DNA of 63,749 nucleotides, the filler included, from Intoshia linei (taxonomy: Eukaryota > Animalia > Orthonectida), in NCBI GenBank assembly GCA_001642005.1. It is 8 parts of 8 records of this genome, joined end to end, with 100 filler letters (N's around TTAATTAATTAA, not from the genome) between each part and the next. Parts side by side here need not be neighbours in the genome. Positions count along the whole stretch, not along the records: positions 1 to 20,731 come from LWCA01000677.1; 7 more parts are not named here. One strand, 5' to 3'. The translations under genes were made by a program, and so were the position numbers. This document shows, piece by piece, positions 1 through 15,200 of this stretch. How positions within the stretch are numbered: the stretch's first letter is position 1; each line of letters opens with the position of its first letter. The notes beneath the pieces are model-generated. The model did no database searches and had not been told where the DNA came from. It was given only the letters and a program-made list of their open reading frames with translations.

Positions 1-245
1 AGATAGACCAAATCAGTTTGGGATTCCTTGATGTATATTATGCATTACGCGTTATACAGGTAAAAAAATTACATATGAGTCTAATTGGCTCATTTTCCCC
101 GACAATTATACTAATTTTTAAATGAAACGATAAAATTTTATATTTAGTTTCACTAAGCATAACATTGATATTTCGACCTATTTAAATATTAGGAATACCT
201 CTAATATATGAATATATTTTATAATCTATATTATTAAATTATTAG

Positions 246-3200
246 ATTGTCCAGACAAATGTATTACTTGTACCATCGATATTAATGATGAAATCGTTTG
301 TACATATACAAATAATTTAATTGTTAAGGATGGATGTATTGCAGATTATGTTTGGGAAAGTACTACAAAGAGCTGTCAAGGTAGATTTAAGTTTGAAGTG
401 GTTTTTTAATTTAATATTATATTGCGTATATTTGACTAAAATGAGTAGTTAGTTTTAGATAAACAGTATATTAATGTAAATATACTCATCTGTGCTGTGA
501 TTTTGTTTTGATTTAAGTTATTATAAGTAACAAATCGTAAGATAGGTTTCATATACATACATTTTATATACATATTCATACATACTTTTAATAATGATGT
601 AGCACAGATATATTCAACTTTTTTTATTTCACGGAACTTTACCCATATTATCTAGGGAAATATTAGTATGATTCAATTATATTAATCATAATTATACAAT
701 TATCATAATAATCAATATAATTGGAAAACCGGTTGAGTCGTACTAGTGTATCTTATGTTTCTGTGAATCACCAAAATCGCAATATTCATTTTAATATTCA
801 AAGATGCACATGATAAATACTTATTATTCATATATTTTATAGCATGTAATCAAATATCACCAAATTTGTTGATTTTGCAAGACTCGTGTAAAAAATGTAC
901 AGGGTTATTTTTTGATGGCACCTGTCAAAGTAAGTTAATTAAAATTATATTTCATATATAAAAATCTATATAATATGCATTAAATATTTTAGAATTTAAA
1001 TTTTTTGGAAATAATTTTCATTTTCATTTCAAATTTAAAACATACATACTTGTATAATAAATCTATTATTATATTTAAAATTTGATATTATTATTTGTAT
1101 AGCTTTGTATTAAGGCATATAATACAGGTTGCATTGGGAGAACGTGTTTTATATATATACTATTTTAAATAAGGTTGCTTACCTACAACAATAATGGACG
1201 ATTTTGAAAAATGTGATAGTTGCTTTGATTCTCTGGGAGGCTACGCTAAGCATTCTTTTTATGATATTCTATCTGTGTGTCTCGGTATTAAATTATATCG
1301 TATTATATATATACTTGTATAATTATAATTATAAGATTATAAAAAGCAGTTTATAGTATATTATATATATTAGGGTGCTTTATTTTAGTTTTTTTTTGAA
1401 TTTCAAAGACTATTTTTGTATATCATCCCCATTTTGTATAAGTAGGAGCAAACCACAAAAAAATTCAAAATTATAAAAATTTGCCAGGGCCCGGTAAGGG
1501 TAAAATTTAGGTTTTTTCATAATCTGATTTTTTATTTTCGAATGTTTTTTTCTATGATCTCCGACAACCTGTATCAGGTTTTACTTAGCATCTTCATTTA
1601 TGGTTTCAAATTTTTAAAAATGTACATTATTAACTAGAAATAAATAAAATTACCTTTAAAGATAATACAAAAATATTAGCTCATCTAAAATACTTATGTG
1701 TTGACCATTCATGTACGGGATATTGCAAAATATGCAATGTGCCAAGAGTTATCAGAGTAAATTTACATTCATGTGTGACAAATTCTGAATAATTAGATTC
1801 TAAATTTAGGTTCGTTTTTGACCTTTGTGTAATCGTGACAGTAGTTAAATTAGACGTAGAAATTATTTTTAATTCCAACAAGGACTTACATATGTATTTG
1901 ATTCTGACAAAGTTTTCCAGAAAAAAGATAACGGAATTAAGAGCCCTAAGATACCATAGATATCTTATTAATTCATTTTCTGAAACGCCATACCATAATA
2001 AATACCTCGAAAAAATTGTAAATTCTTATATAGCTGTAAATCACTTAATGTAATTTCAACTGCGTATAAGCAATTGAACCACTGTGTAACAAAAAAAATA
2101 AATCTCTATAATTTCCGTTAAAACTTGTTTATCATTTGAAATTGTTTCTTAAACATCTACATTTAAATTCAATAATAGGCTTTTATCATCCATCTTGCCT
2201 GATGAAAAGCACCTGCCACTTATAAAACAGAATAACAGCTTTAAAATCAGGTTTTAACAAATTGGTTCCAATGTCTGGTCCTCAGAAATAGTTTTTCTAA
2301 AAAAAAATAAATTTTAATAGTTCTGGAGAAAAATTTGACTTCTGTGTATGTGAACCTATTGGATAGGTTCCCAACCACGACACATACTTTAATGTAAATG
2401 CGTCCTGATTTAAGTGAATGTGTGACTATTAAATGATGATTATGTATGTATTATTTTAGAGGTTGTATGCGATGCTAGTTCCGATCCCGTAGTGTGTAAT
2501 TCTTGTCACGGTTGGTATCACGACGGTAACGATTGCATTGGTAATATTATTTTTATTTTATATTTCATATACGTTCAAATAAGATAATGACTTATTGAAT
2601 TATAAATGTTATTTTTATATTAAAAAATAAATTAGCTATTAATTGTGCTGCTAAACCTTTCCATTTAAGTAATTCTCTCCATTGCAATTCATGCGACAAT
2701 CGAATTATGCATCTAGGATTGTGTCGTATTGGTAATTGCATATTTAAATCTAATTTAATAAATATAAAAATTAAAAAAGTATAATATTATGGGAATGCAT
2801 ATATCACATGTTACATTATTACATGTATGGTTGTAAAATATTTTGTTACTGTTAAATAGAAATTGAAGTTATAAATTTTAGCTTTCAAACAGCTTAAAAT
2901 TTTACTTTGCACTTAATAATATATTTAATGTCAAATTATGATTAATTTTTTTAATTTTTAGGCAATACGTGTACTGGTATTGTGAATGATTCTATTAATT
3001 TATATTGTTATGCTAGATGGGATCAATTTAACGGTTCCTGCCAAGGTAATTATATTAATTCAATATTAATTATGTTAAAAGTACAAGTTAAAATGTACAT
3101 GCTTCCAATAATGTACATTTTACGGTTAAACTAGGTTCCATATATCAGTCTGTTTCACAATATTAGACTGAATAGCCTCATATTGATACTATAATATCAT

Positions 3201-6200
3201 CACCAACGAGTGATATATCCTCACTTATATAAAATTTTCAAATTTTAACTACTTTTATTTTATGTAAGTTGAGATGATATTAAAATAAAAAACAAATATA
3301 ATAAAGTACCCAATAAATGCTATTAATTTTTAAATGTTTCAAAATATGAAATATATATATATGTATATATGTATACTTGCTTATATATTGCGATTTTAAT
3401 TTTAATTTAAAATAGCCGTGGATTGTGCAGATGAAACAAGATTAATCGGACCAGTAATGTGTGGAGCATGTCACAATCGATATTATTATCAAGGAGCATG
3501 CCACAGTATAAATAATTTAATTTTTACTTCATTTTAATAAATTAGAAATTGATTGTATTGCTGATCCCCTTAATACACTCGAGAAATGTAGAGGTTGCAG
3601 GAGAATGTTGTATTATTGGAATGGATCATGTATTCGTATGATTTTAGCAATTTATTAATACATATTTTGATAATAATACTAATATTTACAGTCCCCGTCA
3701 CCTATTACAGTACTCTTTAAAACTGTCGTTTTAAATTAGAAATTTCTAGTGCCATATGAATTATATAATTTAGTACTATCGTTATAACACAGCACAAATA
3801 CAACTTCGACGTTTTTTTACATTTTAAAAATGATTCACATACTTTGAAAAATAATCTTTTTATAATTTGTTAAAAAATTTACATAATTTTAATAAATTTT
3901 CTAACGATAAGACTTATTTTAAAATTTATATCACAATACAAAGTTAACCTAAATAAAGACTCAAAAACCTTAAAATTAGTATGATGAATGTTGTTATGAA
4001 TAGCGTCTACTGTATTTACATTTTATAAAAATAAACATATTTTATAAATTAGTTACTGTCACTAAAATTTTGGTTAAAACTTTTGTTTATTTTAAACGCG
4101 TTTGATTGGTTTAATTAGTTCATTGTTAATTATAGTTGCTTTGATTATATTTCTTGGTAATTAGTATTTGTGCTGTAATCTCCTGCATTATGTATAACTC
4201 TATAAAAATTTGTGGATTGTTTCATCCATTATTTTAGAATCTAATTTTATAACGCTAGTGTATGTCGAGGACTGTTAATATATTAAATAATTCATGTATT
4301 CTTTTTTTATGACATATGAAAGTATAGTGTATTAATAAATCAACAAACAACGCTAAATTTTACATTTTGATTATATTAATAAGTCGGTGGTTACAAAATT
4401 GATTGTATTTATTTGTCATAATAAAGTTTTAAATGTGAAAACTGTATAAATGTCTTTCATTCTGTAACAGATTAACAAAAAATATTTTAATTTGAACGGT
4501 ACTGCATTATGTCCAATGTGAAATACATTTATAATTTAATTGAATATTTTATAGAAACAACATGTACGGTCACTTTATACACGCAATCAGAAGAATGTTA
4601 TGCGTGCGAAGGTTATTATTGGAATGGATCTCAGTGTCTTGGTAAAATTTAAATAAATGATCTTTTTTGTACATACATAAATATAGTATATAAATATAAA
4701 TATTCGATAATATTTTTATACTATATATTACAACACGTAAAATAATATATAATGATATCAATAAATTCTGCTTTTCTTTTTATCGTTAGGAATTATATAT
4801 TTTTTTATAGGTTTTGGTAAAAGTAGATTCGTTTTTTTAGTTTCATTATTTATAATTCAATAAATTATAGAATTTTTAATAATGTTTAATTTATAATACC
4901 CAATCATTTTTATCATAAAAAACGCTTTTTAATCGTCATCATATTTTGGTTAAACATCATAAAAAAATAAAAATTTACAACCTCATTATATTTTGGTCTA
5001 ATAAAACATTTTAAAACCTTCATAACATCTTGGTTCAAATATAAAATTTTAAAACCTTATTATATTTTGGTCTAATAAAAACCTTTAAATTTATTTGATA
5101 ATGTTATCACGCTTAATTATCGCAGAAGTTCAAATTATTCAGATGTGCACTTTTTAATTTCAATTTGATTTAGATTGCACTACACAAATATATATAATAT
5201 AATATTATACTATAGTATGATATATTTATTATAAAAAATATTATCAGAAAATTTTTTTATGAAACAGAAATAGTGCCACCATTGTCAAAAATTAAATAAA
5301 TTTGAACCGTTTTACGTCATATTAGCCATAAAAGGTTCAAAATTCAATGGAACATTCTCAAATTTTACTTTTTAAATGTTATACTGTAAAAACTTACTTA
5401 ATATTTTGTAGCCAAGTTTTACTAGCTAAACATAAAAGTTTTAATTGTAGACAAATACCATGCATACAATTTTTTTTAAATTGTATTTTTACTAAAAATT
5501 ATATTTCAGTGTACGAGAAAACTACCCAAAAATATTGCATAGTTAAGTTCAAATTTTGGTGACCCTAAACAGAATGCATTGTACATATCACGAATATACT
5601 ATTTATTTTAATTAATTAAATCTGAAAATATATAATCATATCATATACGATGTATAATAATATATAATGTAAGTACATTTTTTGTATATTAATATACTTT
5701 TAGTTAACATTATATATTAATGAATACATAATATCGATTAAAATATACAAATATTAAAAATTTTATTTAGCTATTGCGTGTAGTGGAATCATGGTATTTT
5801 TAAAATTAATTTGAAACAGTTGAAAGTTTAAAAGTGACCAATTTTTTATAAATAGTCAATGATATAATGATCAAAAATAAAAAATAAACAATAAAATAAT
5901 AACAATTCATCTCATCATAAAAACTTAATTTTTAATGTTGAAAAGTGGCATTGATGAAAAATGATAATTAAATAATAATTATATATTTAGCAATATTAAT
6001 TAATTTTAATTTTAATTTATATAATAACTTTTAAAAATAAATCGGTTAAAATTAAATTAAATCGATACTCTATATGAAAAATGGTTAACCTTATTTGAAA
6101 AATCGCTACAGTTTATAAAAAATATTTAACTTGAAATTAAAACATTACTACTTTATTATGACATATGAAAGTATACAGTATTAATTAATCAACAAGCAAC

Positions 6201-9200
6201 GCTAAATTTTACATTTTGATTATATTAATAAGTTGGTGGTTACAAAATTGATTGTATTTATTAGTCATAAAAAAGTTTTAAATGTGCAAAATAAATATTT
6301 GTTAATTATAAAAAATAATTTACAAGGTGTACTGAGAAAGTAATTTTTTGAGAAACACTCTAGTACACTATGAATACATTACTGTGATATTACATTATAA
6401 TAAAACTAATTTTAAATTTTAAAACTAATATATTGCTACCTTTTTTGTATTAATAATAATTTAACATAATTTAAATTGAATAATATTTGTAAATTGAGTT
6501 ATTATGTTTTTATGTTAGACGAATGATCAAAACAAATGTACCAAATGCTTTGGAAAGACGCAATTAAATGGACATTGGGTTGGTAATTGAACATAGTTAT
6601 AAAACATATTAATATATTCAGCAACGCAATGTACATCATCACTAAATCAAAACGATTGCTCTTTTTGCAAACCTTTTATGTATTTTGATTCGAATCAAAA
6701 CACATGCAAAAGTAAGTGTATACTGTATAAATTATAAAAATAATGTAATATCCCAGTGGCCATTAAATCCGATTTATCCGGATATCCGATCTGCGTATTT
6801 TTTTTTACTTTAAATTATAAATTCTAAGTAAAACTAAATTGAAAAATATTGATGTAATTTAATTGATTTATTTATTATGAAACTACTAAATACAACTTTA
6901 CAAATTTTTTTTCATTGTGACAAATTTTTCACAATTTAGTTATAAATTTTCCATTTTTTTTCTTATTACATAATACAATGACATATTAATTTTAATCCCA
7001 TTCGTCATCTAGGTTAGGGTGACCAACCTAATGATGGTAATGGGCCTAATGGTAGATTCTGATAATATAAGTGATAATTATGCGAATCTGACACATTAAA
7101 AATTTACTACCCACTGTTACTATTTATAAAAATGACAGAGGTTTAATAAAATCAATTAAATTGGCTGTGAGGTCCAAAAAAATTAAATTTCGAAATTTGA
7201 CGGGAAAAAGTTTGAATCAGCCCAAATCATGATATTAATAAAAAATATTTTGTTTGTAAACATAAAAATGTAGGGTTTACTAGAACTATACCCACAAACA
7301 AAGAAATTTGTGATCAAGCAATGGATTATTATTGGAATGGTATGCAATGTATAGGTATCTTGATACTAATATGGTTATTATGATAGTTATAAAAAGTAAC
7401 TATACCATAAATATTCATATCACACGTAGGTTTTACACCGAATTGTACTAGAGATTATATACGTCATTCAGCATATACTCAGGAAATGTGTACGGGGTGT
7501 ATCAATGCATATTTCGATCCAATGGCTCAAAACATTTGCCATGGTATATTTTTTATATGTACAATAGAAACCGCTTATAGTGATCAAAACTGATAATTCA
7601 GTACATGTTGATCAATATGTATCAATATGAAATATAAAACAATAAAAATGGAATAAGTGTAAAAATAATGTTAAAATTGTAATAATGAATAAATAAATCA
7701 TGAAAAATATATGAAAAAACTGTAAAATAAGAATTATGTGTAAAAAATCGTTATAAAAATAAAAATTTATATTATAACGCCGGCCGCACATTCCATAATT
7801 GGGGGCCGCAAATGGCCCGAGAGCCGCATAATCGACACCCCTGAATACTATTCAATTCTCAAAAAAATTCAAAAAATTATAGTTATTATTTTAGTGCTAA
7901 ATAATAAAATCCAAATACGCGTGAAATGATATCATATTACAATTATAAATTAAATTATTATAAAATGTTGGAACTGAAATATTAATAATAAATATAAGAA
8001 TATATTTGTTTTAATTCTGAATTTGGAAAAATAAGGTCACCATTTAAAATAAAATTTCGTCTTTTCAAAAAAATATGCAAATAGAAAATTTTTACCTTAA
8101 GGGTTGTAATATTTGATTTATATTTTGGGGTTGGATTAATTGGATTTTTCTCATGTGTTTGGTAAAATCAGATATTATATTTTAAAAAAAATATCTGTAA
8201 AAGTCGATTTTTTCCATTAATGTTTGGAGTTGTATTTTTTATTAAATAATATTAAATTTTATTAATAATGGAATAAAAGTTAGATTTTTGCTTAATAATA
8301 TGAGATAATGGCTTAGCGGTTCTCTAGGCTTTTTGATAATTTCACACCGTCTGTCTACTCTGTAATAAACTGATTACAGTGATCAAAAGTTCTCTGTCCC
8401 AATGTGATCACTGATCACTACAAGCGACTTCTATTGTATTTTATATATACTTTTTTCTAACATATTAAATGTATTTACATTACAGTTATATTATTGACAT
8501 GTTATTTATATTATTTACATTATTTATATGTTGGTTAAGTTAACAGTAAGTAAAGTAAACTCATGTTTAAAGTAACGTGATACTGAATGCCAATTGGATT
8601 ATGTACTGGGCACTACTTGGCATAATTGCTTGTACATTTTAATGTAAGATAATTTTTTCATAATTAAGAAATTTTCTATATTACTTGTTAGTTTAAAATA
8701 CTAGCCGTTATATTGATCTGCTTATAGGATGAATGGCAATTATGTTTTCTAATCCAAATATTCATGAGCTGATGACCATGAAACCGTTGTTAATATTATA
8801 CTTTTACAATTTGCATTTATTAATTTTAATTTATATACATTATTTTGTATTCACATTTACATTTTAAGAACTGGATTGTTCTAATCTATACGACATTGCT
8901 AGTGTCGAAAAAAAATGTAAAAAATGTCAAATCACGAAACAAGGCCTAGTTTGGGAAAATTTATCCTGTACACGTATGTTTCACTATATTATTTTCTATT
9001 TTATGACAGCTACGCGTATGCTATACTTTTATATATTAATTTATCAACTATACATTATATTTATACATACAGTCAAAGTCCTTATTAACGGAATTTTAAA
9101 TTATTTATTTTTTTCATAACGAATTTGCAGGAACCAAAAATTCGTTAATAATAATTTTATCTCTAAAGCTCTAGATTCTAGAGTCTAGAATCTATTTTTA

Positions 9201-12200
9201 AGAGAATTTAGAAGTCAATTTATTACGTTTTTTATCTAATTGATAACAAGAAATATGACCATTTAATGGTTTTTATTTAAAAAAATTAAATTCCGTTAAC
9301 TAGGGTGTTACTATGGGGAAAATGTCATATTGACGGAATTTTAAATTTTGTTAATAAGGACTGAAACTGTATTATATTTTATTTTATTATTGTACATTAT
9401 CATTGTATGTATTTTAGATGTTGACTGTAGTCAACCAAATTTGTTGGACAGTATTCACTGTTTAGCATGCCCTCTAACTAAATTTGAGAATGGAATATGT
9501 TATGGTAAAAATAAAAAAAAAATTCAAATAAATTATAATTTAGCAATACCAGCGTTAACATGTTTGACCGAAGCCAAATCGTTGGATACGTGTAATGCCT
9601 GTAAACCTGCAAATTCACTTACGACGACACAATGGTATGAATCATACGGTGGTGCTTGTGAATGTAATATTAAACAAAATGCTTATCAAAATTAACATTT
9701 AGTTTATAACGTTATAACCTAAAATATTTTAGTTTGTGTTGAAAATTGTAAAGTTTGCGACGATACAGGATGCTCACAGTGTATCGACGGATATTATTTA
9801 AATGGTGGCTGTATTGATTGTCAATCTGTATCTCCACCAACTCTAAAACTTTGCGCTTTATGTAAGGGAAGATTCTGGAGTGGTGATTCCTGCAAAAGTA
9901 ATTTAATTAATTAATTGGCATATACATTATGTTATTTCACAAAATGTTGTTTTTGACGTAGGACAAAAATTCGTAGGAAACACTTTTACAATTTTTCTCA
10001 TGAAATCTGCTTTCGTGCAATTTGAATCACTATTTTCATTATAAATGTTTTTTACAATTTTATTTTTGAAATATTCTTTAAAACCTTGTTTCCTTCACTT
10101 GTAATTTGATTGATTGTCAAGTCAGATTAACAGTCCGAGATAAAATAGGAAGACGTATTAATATACAAAATTTAGTATAATTGTGGTACCAAACTACATT
10201 GTACTGTTGACATCTTTTTAAAACATTTGATATTCATTTTTTGTTTTACTATTTGATATACTTTAATAAAATAATTAATAATTATACATCAGGTATAGAT
10301 AATATTTTTATAGATTGCATGGATAAGTGTGAAGAATGTACTAACTTGACAAGCTGTAGTAAATGTGAAATTGATTCAATTTGGAATAATAATATGTGCG
10401 AAGGTATTATTAATGGATATATCTTTTAAATTTTAATAATTTTATCTAATAATGAAAATCAATATTATATTCAACAGAATTTTTTTCATAGTTAATGTAC
10501 ATTAATAATAATAATGTAATGTTGTAATGTATATATAATAATATATATAATATAATAATGTAACATATTATTATTACAATGTATTAGAGTTATAATTTAT
10601 AATTAGCATGTCTTGTTCACACACAACAATCATGTGAAGATTGTTCGAACGATCAAAATACTCTTGTTTTTATCAATTCTCATTGCGAATGTAATTGTCA
10701 TATTTTATACAAGCTATGCTAATGGTGGTTGTGAAATATCGTAGAGATTTCCAGGAAAAATAATCGAAAAAATTTGTATGGAGTATTACACTGACATTGC
10801 TGGCTTGTAGTTCAATATTGAATTAGCGATGTTTCAAACATTAATTTTTACAAAAAATAATAATTTTAATTTATCTCTACAAATGTTAATAACGATACAT
10901 ATTAATTTATTCATAAATTTTAGTACAATAGTTTATATAACAAGTTCAGACTAGTTCCATACCTAATACAAAATTTGTAAAATAAACACAAAAATTTGTG
11001 CTAAATTTAAAATATCATGTAAAAAGCCTTGTAGATGTGGCTAGGGGTATATAAAACCAATCATCGTTTGCAAAAAGTTTTGTATGAGCCTATTATTCAT
11101 TTTCGGACGGCCAGATATTATTAGATTCGGCTCTGTCTTAGTGTACTTACGTAAATGAACAAATTTTAAATTAAATTTTTAAATGTGTATTACGGTTAAT
11201 GGTTTTTGGTTAAAACTTGTACAAGAATACACCAGGTTTTTTTAATGAGTTGAGATTAGGCGAATTTGAATATCTTTAAAATATATTCATATGGTATTAG
11301 GGTGAAATCTTTATATAAAAATTAATTCCCAACCGAAATCGCAATATACAATCTAATATTTAATCTAATTATATTAGATTGTTATACCGAAATAATTTTG
11401 GATACTCAAAATTTGTGCGAAAGATGCGGTTTGATAACAACTAATAATGTGAATTCTAAATTTTGGGATATCAGTACAATGCAGTGTTTAAGTAAGAACC
11501 TTATTATTTTATGTAATTAAAAACCTATAGATATTTAATTTATTAATATTTTATATATGATACATTAATATTATTTATTATTGATATTCATAGATATACA
11601 TTATTTTTGTATATGATGTTATATACATTATGAATAAATTAATGTAATACCTTGATATAAGTAAAAAATATATGTACCAATAATTTATATGGTCGTGTCC
11701 AAAAATAACTGATATGGAAAAGTATTAAGATGTGAATGGTTTAAAATGAAATTTGGAACATTCAAAGATAATCAATATTTATGTAGTGTAATGAATTTTC
11801 AGATTCACCTGAAAATTTTTTTTAAATTGACTGAACCATGAATTATTGATAAAATATATATTTAACTTGTACTTTTATTTATTTTATTTATACGACATTT
11901 TCACGTTCGTAATGTTACTTATAGCAAGGGTATGCAATAAACGTAAGCATATAGTGCGATAATTTGACATTATTTATCAATCATTTTTATTTTTTACCAT
12001 TATATTATGAAAATCAAATAGATTGTCCAATAAATTGTGCAAAATGTGATAAAGCCAATACATGCAATTCATGTCATAACGACTATTATTTTAATAATGC
12101 AACGTTTCAATGTGAAGGTATATTGAATAATTTCATTTATATGCTGAATATATTACATTAAACATTTAGCCTGTCCATTAAATTGTGATGTATGTATTTC

Positions 12201-15200
12201 AACGTCATCTTGTGTATCTTGTAAATACAATTTTTTTTATGATGATATCAATAATGGTTGTGTTGGTACGTGTTGGTTTGAAATATAATTAACACTTAGA
12301 CACTTTCATTGTTTTTTACATGAAATTATACAAAATCTGATAAGCTAAATGTCCAGAATTTAAATACAAAAGTAAGAATATACTAGCTACAGAATAAACA
12401 CGCCTCTATCGAAAAGTGTGGTTCTATATAGTGCTTCCGCAATTATTCATCGATTGTTTACCAATGAATCGAATAACATGATAAAGTTATGCTCTTTTTA
12501 TCAATTGTATTTTACAAGATTTTGATATTGGAATTATTATATTTAAAATGGAAATACAATACAAGTTGTAGTATAATTAGTAAGATTTAAATAAGAGCTT
12601 TTAATAGAACAAGCAAATTCAACTTAGGTTGATAATATAGATAAATAACAATCAATCTCATCTTCAATCTTCATAGTGATATTATATATCACTACTTAAG
12701 TTAAATTATTAAAATTTTCCCAAGCTTTAGACTTTGATTTCATCCCTTAATATAGAAATAATTATCCCTGAACTAGAAAGTAATTTTATTGGTTTCTATG
12801 TTACATACCGAATTAGTTTTACGAAAATATCAAGTGTCAAAAAATGTCACAAAAAATAATATAACTTAACAACAAATGAAGTAATACTGTACAAAATAAA
12901 TTTCAGTTGTTCGATTAATTGTTTGACGAACAAACAAATGAACAATTATTCATTGCGGAAGCACTAGTTCTATAACAAAAACTATTAAAATGGAATGTTG
13001 ACACTTTAATATTTAAAACTTGCAATTAAATTTACTAGCCAAAATAGCATGTCAGTAATTTAAATTATTTCATACAAATAAAAAAAATTAAAAATAATAG
13101 ATAAATGGGCGTGTTTATAGTCTAATGCCTAAGATTGAAATCTCATTTTGTACTTTTAATTGTACATTTTATATACACATTTTATTGTCATTTTTAAAAT
13201 CTCACATAAGATATTTTGGTGTATAAGTGTTAATATATTTTTATTTTATTCTAAAGTAGTATTTTTAAATACGATTAAATTAATAGTTAAAAATGTAATA
13301 TTATCAATTAATTTAGCGTGTTTGAATAATTGTATTAGTTGTAATGATATCGAATCGTGTATAGAATGTGAACAATACATGTTCTTTGACAAAAAAAACA
13401 ACAAATGTCAAAGTATGGTTTTTTCAAAAATCCAAAATTACATTATTAAATTACGATTTAATTTAGAATGTCCGCAATTTTGTGCTATTTGTGATGAATT
13501 AAATACATGCATTGAATGTAATTACAACATGTATTGGGATTCAGAAATGACTCTATGTAGAGGTACGCTATATTTTTATTAATGATTTTCACTGTTAGAA
13601 ATTTTAATTATTGTGTTTCCTCCTTTATTACGTTTATTATTATTATTAATTTTGTTTGGTTGAACTAATAATTCCGTTTTATAGCCTCTCGTCATTTGAT
13701 ATTCATTTTTATTTATTATAATAAATACTAATAATTGATTATATGAATTATTAATGATCTAATATGGAAATATTAAATATTGGTTATTTTATCCTTATCC
13801 GCAACAAATTTGCAGGATATAACTTAACAAAATGTATTTCAGTAAGAATAATAAACATTAATTAAGATAAATAATAAATTAGAAAATAATAATAATAAAT
13901 AATAATGTTGTATTTAGATTGTATACCAGATTGTTCGATTTGTAGCACAAATTCTATATGCGAAAAATGCGTAGCTGGTTACTTTTTTGAAAATGAAACC
14001 AAAAAGTGTACATGTAATAATTGAAATATGTATTACAGTCAGACTTGTTAATAGTGAACTTAACTGATATTACTAACTTGATGCATGATTAATAATGTTT
14101 CATTTCACTGTCATTTTCATTATTTATGATTTTTTTATAGTGAACATTAAAAAAATTCGGAACCAAATGTTCATTATCCACAAGTCTGACTGTATTATTT
14201 TTAACAGAACATAAATGCGATAATTATTCAATATTTAATATTCAAATGAATTTTAAGTTTTATAAACTATAAAATTTAGCATGCAAAAGCAATTGTTTCG
14301 AGTGTACGAATAAAACGGAGTGCGTGAGCTGTTATAGTGGATACTGTGTAGATGAGAAAAATGATTGCATATGTACAATTTTGTCATTTTTAAAATATTA
14401 CACTAACAAACAAAATTGTTTTATAATACCAGTTTTTTATTTTTTTAAATCTGGATCAAATTATCATATTATTATACATATTTAAAATAAAGTGGCCAGA
14501 AAAAATACGTTCTATCAATTTTAGTTTATTTGGTGATAAATTTAAAGCCAAAACTACTCATCTATTTTGATGAATAAAATTTTTCGGCTTAAAATTTATT
14601 CCAAATAAACTAAAATTAATATACGTATTTTTTCTGGACATAAGCATAACTTAAATTTAGTCACTACAAAAAATTGTCACTCGTGTAAATACGATTCTAT
14701 ATCTCAAAGTCAATCATGTACCTCATGTGTTCAAGGCTATAATTTAGAATTTTGTTTGGGTAAGTCACGTTTAAATTATTAATGTTATTTATGATTTAAT
14801 AAATATTAATATATAGAATGCTCGTCATTTTGTGTAAAATGCTTAGATAATACTCAATGTGTGGAGTGTCGTATAGGAACCTACTTGGAGAATTCTTTGT
14901 GTAAAAGTATTCTGGTGTAAATTTTATTTTTTAAATCATGTTTAGAATGCCCAAATAATTGTAAAGATTGTTTTTCAAATTTAGAATGTAACGAATGCAG
15001 TGAAATGTTTTATTTTAATAATGTATCAAATGAATGTGAAGGTATAACTAATCTTATTACTCCTTTATTATTTATTTGATCTTACGTTTTGACGAGTACA
15101 AAATATTTATGGCCAAGGTTTTCGATATATAGAGGAGCATTAGAAACGTATTTTTGAAACATCTTTTCTGATTAATATGTCAAACGTAAAATTAAACTTT

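Noticed and set aside
1-59. In-frame TGA just before CILC in a possible upstream exon (selenocysteine or recoding?)
   Set aside because: It is at the window edge with ambiguous frame (another frame is open). No other exon contains an in-frame stop, so a pseudo-exon or a different phase is more likely.
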